Source of the DNA: Macrostomum lignano
Taxonomy: Eukaryota
Reading direction: 5' to 3'
Length of the DNA: 48,099 nucleotides
NCBI GenBank assembly: GCA_002269645.1
Contig: NIVC01000635.1
Span: 1-48,099 of the forward strand
A model generated the notes under the pieces. It saw only the letters and a program-made list of their open reading frames with translations. It was not told the DNA's origin and ran no database searches. How positions within the stretch are numbered: position 1 is the stretch's first letter; every line of letters begins with the position of its first letter. Of the stretch, positions 25,471 to 35,194 are shown one piece after another. The translations under genes and the position numbers were made by a program.

Positions 25471-27574
25471 TCAGCCCAGGTAAGACAGGCAGTGCGAGTC
25501 CAGCAGGTCACCGCACAGGCGATGCAGCAGCCGCTGGAGGCTGAGCCGGCGCAAAGGCTCTGGATGGAGCAGGGCGAGGATGCAGCGGTGCAGCTGGGCG
25601 TCCATGTGCGCCGGCCGGGTCACGTGACCCCGCTCCAGCAGCCGCAGGCGGGCCTCGCCATCGCTGGGGCTGTCGGTGGACTCCGGCACGTGGCCACCGG
25701 CGGCCTCGTAGATGCACAGGCCGAGGGAGAAGTTGTCCACCAGGCGCGGGTCCGGGTGCTGGCCGAGCTCCAGCGCGTCCATCGGCATGAAGCGGCCGTT
25801 GCCGTCCTCCAGGTTCTCCACGTCCGCGGTGTCCCTGGCGTGGCCGAAGTCGCCCAGCTTGAACAGGATCCGCTCCTTGGGATTGGCCAGCAGCTCGGAC
25901 AGCTGGCCGTGCCTCTCGGACAGACTGAGCGCCGGCGCCAGACTGGCCTTGGGAGCCTTGATGAGGATGTTGCTGGTGCTGCAGTCCAGATGCGCCATGC
26001 CCTCCGAGTGCATGAAGGCCAGCGCGCTGCCGATGTCTCGCACCAGGTGGCGCAGCCGCTCGCCACACAGGCGGCGCCGACCTGCGGCCAGGTACTGGTG
26101 CAGCGACAGGCCGTTGCAGTACTCCAGCTGGATGTACAGCCGGTCGAACTGCACCCAGCAGCCGTAGTACTCCACTATGTTGGGGTGGCGCTCGCTCAGG
26201 CCGGCCATCGCCCACACCTCCTGCGGATTCAAATGATTTGGGGTGCGGCTGTTTGAGTTGCTCGGGTATGGGACCGGCTGCTCAGCTATGATCCTTCAGT
26301 GCCAGCTGCTGATCCCCAGCCCTGCTAGTGCCAGTTGCTGATCCCCAGCCCTGCCAGTGCCAGCTGCTGATCCCCAGCCCTTCAGTGCCAGCTGCTGATC
26401 CCCAGCCCTTCAGTGCCAGCTGCTGATCCCTAAGAACTTCAGTGCCAGCTGCTGATCCCCAGCCCTTCAGTGCCAGCTGCTAATCCCCAGTGCCAGCTGC
26501 TAATCCCCAGTGCCAGCTGCTAATCCCCAGCCCTTCAGTGCCAGCTGCTGATCCCCAGCCCTTCAGTGCCAGCTGCTGATCCCCAGCCCTTCAGTGCCAG
26601 CTGCAAATCCCCAGCCCTTCAATGGGATCTGTCACGATCACATCTTCGTCAGCTCTCCCCACCAGTTCTGTTGCCAAGTCCCCCAAACTCACCTGAATTC
26701 CCTCCCGCGCCTGAACCTGAGCGCTGGGGCCGTGGCGGCTCTTCTGCGGCACGGCGGTCTTGAGGCAGTACACCCGGCCGTCCAGACGGTTGACGGCGGT
26801 GAACACAAAGCCGAAGGAGCCGCTGGCAACGGCGCGGGTGTTGGCCTCGTCAGTGAGGTCGAACTCGGTGTACAGCCTGTCCGAGTTCAGCAGGCGCTCG
26901 TCCACGAGGCGCGACGGTTGGCCGGGCGTCTCCGACAGGCGCTTCCGGCCTTCCGGCGTGCAGCGGTTGATGTTGGAGCCGTGCAGGCAGCGGATGGCCT
27001 GGCAGTGACGGTACATGTGCGTCTGCTCGCTGCGCACGCTCAGCAGCATCTCCGGGGTGTCCAGCGCCGACTGGCCAACCGGCGTGGTCGGCTGCTCCGG
27101 CTGCTGCCTTTGCGGCGGCTGCTGCGGTGAGGCGTCGTCATCATCGAAGGTGAGCACCCGGCAGACGTCGCCGCCAAAGTTGAGCTTGGCCGGCGCGGTC
27201 CTGAGCATCATGAGCTCCTTCCGCCTGGTGAACAGCACCTCCTCCATGCGGACGGTCTCGTAGAACTCCTGCTCCTGGTCGTACACGGCGGTGAGGTGCT
27301 GGTACTGCGAGTCCGCCTCGCTGCTGCTGCTGTAGCCGCTGGCCTGCAGCTGCTGGGCCGCCGCCGACTGGGCGCCGACCTGGGCGTCGCAGCAAAAGTC
27401 AACTCGGTCGGCCAGGTTGGGCGACAAATCCAAGTCCGGATTCGAGCAGGAGGACGAGCTGGCGTACTCAGTCAGGTCCTGGCGAGGCGTCGAAGCGCTC
27501 TTAGAGGGCTCGATGGACTGGAATAGCGCCATGCAGGGCGGCTCGCCGCGCTCCTCGCTGCCAGAGATGTCCAT
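25471..27574 (-). CDS. Wee1-family-like protein kinase with atypical catalytic loop; exons 26693-27574 (acceptor at 27623) and 25471-26220
   Basis: ASGSFGFVFTAVNRLDGRVYCLK, EVWAMAGLSERHPNIVEYYGCW...LYIQLEYCNGLSL, HLDCSTSN, FKLGDFGH and EDGNGRF parallel the Wee1 motifs (KRLDGCIYAIK, IQNEYCNGGSL, KIGDLGH, EEGDSRF). Phase-0 GT-AG intron. Confidence 0.85.
26283..26625. repeat. About 28-bp minisatellite (cagtgccagctgctgatccccagccctt) in the kinase intron
   Basis: Tandem copies visible. Confidence 0.93.
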
Positions 27575-28578
27575 CGGGCAGGTCTCGAATGACAGGTCGG
27601 CCTGGTCTGGCGCCAGCTGCTGCCTGCCAGGTGGAGAGGGAAATGGAATTATGCATTCCACAATTTGTGAGGTAAGTGGAAAAGTATTAATACATTCATT
27701 TTTAAGCATAAATTCAAGCTTTCTCATTACTTTTCAAACTCATAATAGTGCATTTTAACAAATCTTTATGCTTATTGAAATCTTACCACAAATGGTATAG
27801 CCAAAATATCAGATATAAACCATACCATAATAAAAATTTTATACTCGTAAGTTCCCTTACATAAGTTTAAATATTTGCTTTTTATGAATTTGAATTTATA
27901 TTGACTAGTGTAGCATATAGAATAGCAGTATTATACATTGATTAGCAAGCATGCACTCCAACTTTTTCGGCATGTATTGCTATACATTTGTAATTGTTCA
28001 ATTTTTGTTGGGTGTGCATATAGCATAGTCTAGACTATGAATCCTAGTCATTTCTATTTGACTAGCAACAAAATACTTATAAATTAGGCCTAGCTATAGA
28101 AGCTTCTTATACCTAACATTTTTAAAATTAACTTCTAGACCTTAATAATTTCAACTGGACACTAGTCATTTTTTGCTGAACACTTTCTAAAACTGTTTTT
28201 GTATTCTAGAAATGTAGAGTAGGATGGGGAGCTACATATTAATTTTAATTTTTAGGGTTGGTCTTTTCCAAAATGAAAATAAAAAAACCTACACTAATTG
28301 ATAATGTGGCAAGCAAAGCCTTTACTCTTTTTTATTTTATATTTTGTTTGGTTTGGTTTCATTCTCACCAAGTATAAATCTTCCTATGTATAAACTTGCC
28401 TATTTACTTAATTACTATAATATATATTTTTACTTATGAATATGATCCTAGTTAATGTCATTATTTCTCTACATGGAAATTTCCCATTTTTAACCCTTAA
28501 TGTGTTTTAGGTTACCCACTCCTGTAATTTCATTTTACTGTTATTTGAATAAGGTTACATCTGATATTTAGTTGTTAA

Positions 28579-29179
28579 CCCCCAAGACTGCAGATGGCCT
28601 GCTCTATAGGTCATGGTCTCATATCTATGGTCTCAGTGTCTCATATCTATGGTCTTCTATAGCTACTGGATCTTTGTCAGCATTCTTGGGTTGCGGCAAA
28701 TCTGGATTGACACCTGGCATGCCAAGGAACTCAGGGTCCTAGTTTGGCTTCTGATCTTGGCCAGGGTGGCATGCATGCCAAATATTGGTTGCACCATGGG
28801 CAGTGGCTAAGCCTTTATCTACCTCTTGCATTTCTATGCCTCCTTGTTTGGTTTTGTCCTCATCATCAGTGAAAAACTGTCATCTCTTTCTTCAAACTTA
28901 GGATCAGTATCAGTATCAAAATGCTCTGCTTGAGCCATAATGACGATAAATACTTTAAAAAAATTGAAAAGGATGTTAATAGAAACTGCTCTGGCTTAAA
29001 AACTGAGCCACAAGCTATACAAATACAATCCAAAAGTTTTGAAGACTAAATACTCAGTAGGAGCTGCTACTGCAAACTAAAGACATGTTAGCCAAAGATT
29101 AAAAAATGTTCATGGCCTGCAGGGCAGGCCAAGCCGCAAACTGTGTCTATGGCATGAACTTATCAACGCAGTCTAGGGG
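28579..29179. mobile_element. piggyBac-like non-autonomous element
   Basis: Flanked by TTAA at 28575-28578 and 29180-29183. Imperfect terminal inverted repeats (TIRs) cccccaagactgc / gcagtctagggg. An acidic coding-like remnant (MAQAEHFDTDTDPKFEERDDSF) lies on the minus strand. Confidence 0.6.
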
Positions 29180-30135
29180 TTAACAATAGTTTTTATTTTT
29201 ATTATATAGTCTCTGTGCCTTAGGGTAATGATTTTCCAAAGATTAAAACTATTATTTCTATAAATACTATATTTATATGGACATGGTGGAATAGTTTGTT
29301 TAAATGATAGACTCTATAGTATTTTAACAATTTTAACAAATGTTTTTGGTAGCATAACACCTTTCTCTTATCCTTATTTCTATTGCCTAGCAAGCAAACT
29401 AGTTTACAAGTGAAAAAGTTTTTATCTATTTAGCAAACTGTTAGTAGACAAAATAAATAAAAGCATTTAAACTAGGGCCTATTGTAATGAAGCAATTTTT
29501 AAAGTAAATGAGCTGCACATGTTTTTAATTGCTTAATTGGTTACTTTGTGCTATAGTTAGGGACTTCAGTGAGGTTTTTAAAACTAAAAATTAGGCCATT
29601 TTTTGTACTTCATCATATAGATCCATGCTTTATGAGCATGGTGACATTTCATTTATAAAAATTGGTTGGGTATTAAAAAAGTTATGGTACATTTTGTGCT
29701 ACATTTTTTGTACTAGCTCGTAATGTATTTTTTCCATAGGGCACTGTGATCATTTTTCCGAGATTATGTAACTTTTGAAAATCAATTTGCTATAATTTTT
29801 TTATTTCTTGATGGATTTTGTTGCCAGAGGTCTTATTTTTTCCCATTTTTTTCAAATTTTTATAGCTAAAAAAGACTTTTCATTGGGCACACTTTTTGAT
29901 ATAAGAATACATATAATCCATGAATGCATATGACATAGCCACTACCTAATATTGCAGTAATATTGCATTTATATATAAATGATAAGATATAACAACTTTT
30001 CAGCATTCAGAATTAATTCAACTGACATACAACTGTAACTGTCTTAATGATAATGCTTTTAAAAGCTTACATAGTCTTGTTTGATATACCTTGGCTTTAC
30101 CCTTAAGTTTACTTTCCAGCCTAGCACTTGGCAGC

Positions 30136-31085
30136 ATGTCTGACCTACCAGCTTCCATGACAATTGGGGCTGCTCTTGATCTGTTTAAGAGTGGTGGCCG
30201 CATGGCTGTTCAGGCTGCCATCAACCAGCAGCAGCTGGAAGTTGGAGTCATTGAGGCTGCCATTGCTCCTAAGCAGACAGAAGCAACTTGGCCCTTATAC
30301 AATGCGGTCATCCCATCCCTCGCGGCCAACAGCGTCGAGCAGGCTGTGAAAGCCTAGCTTCGACTTCACAAGGCCATGCGTAAGCTACGAATACATGGGA
30401 CTATTTTGCTATCTATTCTAAGCAATTTATTTAACACATTTTAGAGGCTCCGCTGCCACCAGGCAAGGTTACGCTGCTGCACTTCTCGGAGAGAGGCAGG
30501 CAGCACAGCACAGCTCAGCTTCAGGATCAGCTGGGGGAGCTCCTTGACATCCTGAATGCTCAAGAGCAGGAGCTTGTCCCTTCTGCCTCCACTTCTGCGT
30601 CTGGAGGCGTTCTGCCGCCCCAAGAATGTAGCGCAAGAGTCCGTGAGCTGGTGGCCAAGAAGCTGAAGCCACGTGAGGTCCAGCCGCCGGCGCCTCAGCG
30701 AGGACGCGGCCGAGGACGCAGCCGAGGACGTGGCCGAGGACGCGGCCGAGGACGTGGCCGAGGACGCGGTAGAGGCAGGGGACGAGGATGGAGAATTCAG
30801 GACGATGACGATGCTGCAGACGAGGCTCCTGAAACCACAGTTCGGACGCTCGAGTCCTGCCCAGAGCTGCCTGGACGAAGAATTGAAGTGAAGTTCTTGT
30901 ATGCCGATAGGGAGCAGTGGGAAGAGGGCGCCGTCATCCGCGAGTTGCCGACGGCTCGGAACTTGGACATCCTGTCCAGGATGTTTGAGGTCGAGTTCGA
31001 CAATTTCCCTGGAGAAAGATTCGAGTACAACCTGTACTCGGACTTCTACGCTGGTGATCTGAACATGCTAGAGGATGACGATTAA
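30136..31085 (+). CDS. RG-repeat protein with C-terminal Spindlin/Tudor-like domain; exons 30120/30136-30379 and 30445-31085; in-frame TAG at 30355-30357
   Basis: A 65-nt GT-AG intron joins the frames. About 14 RG dipeptides, an acidic linker, then LPGRRIEVKF...WEEGAVI...FEVEFDNFPGERFEYNLYSDFYAGDLNML, resembling the Spin/Ssty Tudor-like pattern. A second ATG at 30376 gives an intact 214-aa ORF. Confidence 0.6.
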
Positions 31086-31203
31086 TCCCCGAAACCTGAT
31101 CGCTTCTGAAATGCACGAAAGCATGTGCAAGCTGCCTAAAATGCAAGCATCGGTTATAATCATAATGGTCAAGTAGAAAAACAGCCGAATGACAAACTAA
31201 TGA

Positions 31204-31654
31204 GGCGATCATGAACTTTCCCGCGTTTAATTATTTTTTTATCTTGTTCGTAACCTTTAGGTGCGGGGTGATGAAAATTAGTATTATTAAAGTTCAGGGG
31301 CATAAAAAACACTAGGTACCACGATTATTAGTTAATAAAGAGTCACAGTCAGCAGGGGTAGTAGTGGCAGATCCAGAATAGGACATTGCGGACGTGGCAC
31401 AGTTCGGGCAGTCGATGCTGTTCCGCAGAAGTCCGTGCCGTGCCAGCCACTGGACTGCTGTGTCATCCGTCAGCAGGGCCAGCTCACGGTGGTTGAGGTC
31501 CAACTCGGTCAGCTCAATGGCAGGAAGAACATCGGCTGGCTCGACTATAGTTGTTGGTGCGGCAGGTCTTCCGGCCATGTCTTCAATGTCTTCAAAGCTG
31601 GAAATTTACGAACAAGATAAAAAATAATTAAACGCGGGAAAGTTCATGATTGCC
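31204..31654 (-). mobile_element. Merlin/ISXO2-like TIR transposon deletion derivative with a transposase N-terminal fragment (31312-31578)
   Basis: About 50-bp near-perfect TIRs starting GG (ggcgatcatgaactttcccgcgtttaatta...). Direct repeat ctaatga on both flanks (31197-31203, 31655-31661). The ORF LALLTDDTAVQWLARHGLLRNSIDCPNCATSAMS resembles the Zn-ribbon N-terminus of eukaryotic IS1595-family transposases. Confidence 0.75.
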
Positions 31655-32583
31655 CTAATGATTCAAGGGCAAAACCTACTTTGATCACAAATGGGATGGC
31701 TGACTTTAAACTGCTCGCGCAGCATTGCGCAGCAACCGATTTTCATGATTCTTTTTTCGTCTTGTAGCTAACAAATGTGGGCGTCTGATTAGCTATGGGA
31801 GAACTGCGGCGCTATGGAGCTTCAGTGAGTAAAATGATAAAAACTAAAAAAAACATGTTTTTCTCCTACTTGCATAATAACAAATATGGCTGAAAAGTCT
31901 TTAAAATGTTCTCTAATGTATTCCCTTTGTATTACAATCGTTTCATTGCGTAAAAAATGATGCATTTCTTAGAAAAATTCAAATTCCGAAACATGTGCAT
32001 TTTTTGCAACTGTCACACATACATTTTTTTTGAAAAGAAAGCAAAACTTTGAGTAAGTATAGCTTTGTAATAAATCAATGGTTTTCAATAAAGCTGGTCT
32101 TATTTGAAAGAAAAAAATGTTGCCTTTTCAAAGTATATTAACTTTACTTCAAACTTTACTCCTTTTAATAGTTATAAGTGTAGAAAGATAGGCCCTTTTT
32201 GCCATTTTTACAATTTTGAACGGGATAATTTTGCCTCATTGAAGTCCCTACTATAGTTATGGGCATTTGATTTCTAAAAAAAAAAAAAACAAGATTTTTT
32301 CATTACTAGGCCCTATTGTTTATATAATATAATGGTTATTTAACTGAATTGAATATCTAACAAATCAAAAGTTTTTAATAGGCCCTAACAATGCTAATTA
32401 TGCTAATTAAAGTCAAGACAGTGATAATTAGAATCCTGAAACCAAAATATCAAGTTATAGGCTAAAGAAAAAAGATAAAAAAATGATGCAGAACTTATAA
32501 GACCTATATTTTATAAACCGTAATTTTCACAATGTTGAAAATAAGCAATGCAACAGATTTACAACACCTAAATTTTATAAGCC

Positions 32584-33092
32584 CCATAGTTTGGATCATG
32601 GCAAGGTGTATGCCAAACTAAAACTTGATAGATCCACAGTTTGTACACCTATGTACGCCAAATTTTTTCTGCCTTCCCTAACTGTATGCCACTTTTATAG
32701 GTACAAATTTCCTACTTCAAAACTATTTGATGAAAAGTTGAATAGTTTCCAACTCCAAGTCCAAGATACCAATAGTATACAGCCACTATATACACTATAT
32801 GCAGCAGGTTTTATTAGAATATTAAAATTATTCAATAGAACAATAGATGGGAATATATTTTGTTAAAGTGAATGTATTTCTAACATAAATTCCATTTTTT
32901 AAATTATTGTGCAAATTCCTAAAAAAATACCAATGTTTATGTACATTACATTGCAAGTTGCAACAGCAACAGCGTGTACGCTACTCACGCCAATAGGTAG
33001 GGCCCAATTTTTTGGTTGTACGCCAATAGGGTTAGCAAGGGGTGACTGTACGCCAAATTAATTTGGCATACAGGCCAAGATCCAGACTATGG
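32584..33092. mobile_element. Degenerate TIR element (MITE-like)
   Basis: ccatagtttggatcatggcaaggtgtatgccaaa is inverted as tttggcatacaggccaagatccagactatgg. Related fragments occur near 28740-28790 and 40945-41030. TSD not resolved. Confidence 0.45.
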
Positions 33093-34427
33093 CACAAGCC
33101 CTATATTTCATAATACCTAAAAGGCATGCACAGATTTCCACAAGCCCTAAATTTCACAATTTCACAACAAAATTTAGGGCTTGTGAAATTTAGGGCTTGT
33201 AAAATTTATAGTTTATCCAGTCTGATCTGATGCAAGTTTTGTTTTCGACGTTGTGAAATTTAGAGCTCATGAAATACTGCGCACAACTTTTCGACGTTGT
33301 GAACAAAGTTTATAAAATTTAGAGCTTATGAAAGTTTGTGTCTTGCGACGTTGTGAAATTTAGGGTTTGTGAAAGCGACCCGCTACAACCCCTAGGGGCC
33401 CTAGGCGCTAGGCCTACAACATGACTTATTGCACTGCACAGTAACAATAAATAGACTTACCTAACATAAAGCGTCATGACTTAGCCTAGTTTATATTAAA
33501 TGATAAACTAGATAGGATTAGTAAAGAGAAAAGTATAATTTAACTTCCTGTCAATAGTTTTGCGCTTTATATTAAGAACAAGACTTTTGCATTCATCACC
33601 ACTTTGGGGTTTCGTAGATGACAAAGAAAAAACACTTTTTCCGCTATTTAAACCTATGCAAACTAAAAATAATAGTTAAAACAAAGTATTAGTGCATTTT
33701 TTTCTATTTAGGTTAAACAAGAAAAAAAGTGGATTAATTTGTTTTTTAAAGTTTTTAATAAATTTTTAATGTTTTTATTACTATTCATATTTACAGCTCT
33801 AAAATCACGATTTTTGTCAATCCTTAGGTCAGGAATTCTTTGATAGCGATCGCCTATTTGCAATTGTAGTCCTTAAAACTGTAAAATTCATATTAAAAAT
33901 TTCAGTTCATCGCAAATGAAGGGACGAATATATGAATAACTTGCGGGCGGTCAATTCGTTGGCTGGGAAAATTGGGTTATAATAGGAGCAAAGACGGAGT
34001 GCAATATGCAATATAGGGGGCCTATGCAAAGTAGGCCTATCTAGTATAGCAGCCACAAGCTCACAGATACAGTACAGTTACAAATTCAAATAGGCCTATA
34101 CTTCTACAGAGCAAATGTAACACTCCTTAGGAATCTTTGGAGTTATTATGTTGGCGACTCAGTGTTATCTAGGCCTATTCAATGCTCTTCACACCACCAT
34201 CCATATATACATAGACCTACTTAGGCCTATTGGCTATAGTCATATTTTGTATGATTGCACTGCTTTAAGTTTAGGCACTTTTACTTGTTGAAAACACCAT
34301 TGTTTGTAATTTATTTTAATCTTTGTATTATTAAGTCTTAGGTTGAAAAGTCAAAATCTATTTATTTAGTACCTTTATATTTAATTTGTAGTTCAAATTT
34401 GAAAGATTCAGATTTATTTTTTGTGTT

Positions 34428-34746
34428 GGCAGTACTTATCCCCACGGTACCATAGGAATAATTTCTGTCTTATTCCAACAATACCGTGGGAATAATTTTC
34501 TGCTTATCCGCACGGCACACTGACGAGATAGCTGCCCCATCTTCTACATACATGCGGTATGCCGTGGGAATAATTAAAATACTAAATTAAATTAATGTAC
34601 TAAATTAAATTATTCCCATAGCATATGTAAAAGATGGGGCAGCTATCTCGTCAGTGTGCTATGCGGATAAGCAGAAAATTATTCCCACGGTATTGTTGGA
34701 ATAAGACAGAAATTATTCCTACAGTACCGTGGGGATAAGCTTTGCC
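34428..34746. mobile_element. Foldback MITE with 9-bp TSD (Mutator-like)
   Basis: Almost the whole 319 bp is an inverted repeat (arms about 140-150 bp), with GG...CC termini and an exact TSD ttttgtgtt at 34419-34427 and 34747-34755. Confidence 0.85.
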
Positions 34747-35194
34747 TTTTGTGTTTAATGAATAATGTTGTTGAATTTGTTGAAAAATGTCGAAAAAAGC
34801 ATCAATTTTTTAAAAACTATTTTTGGCTAGGCCTTATCATACTATATTGCTTATTTGGTTCTATTTTTTTAAAAATCATTAGACAATTTTAGTGTACCCT
34901 TTTCATTAAAAAAATTTAAATGTAAGTTTCAAAGTATAGGCTAGTCTATATTCTAGCTAGGCCTAACTTACATGTATTGCAACTTACATGTGTGTGTTGC
35001 CAATAGAAATGGCTGGGTGAATCTTTAGGTTGCGCCCAAGCATGTCTGTGCTAGGGGAGTGGCCAGGCTTATAACTAATTCACTAATTAAACCACTGCTC
35101 AATGCTCAACTCATTTCGTAGTTGCTCTGTAGTCACGTGACTATAAATCAATGCAATAAAATAATAAGTAAAACTGATTTGGCTGCATGCCGGC

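Noticed and set aside
26591-27727. Kinase N-terminus starting at 27727 (MRKLEFMLKNEC...)
   Set aside because: The part above 27623 is AT-rich and ends in a pyrimidine tract plus AG, so it is more likely intron or outron sequence.
28024-28039. Perfect 16-bp palindrome catagtctagactatg resembling fused ends of the 32584-33092 element
   Set aside because: Too short to distinguish from chance, and there is no TSD.
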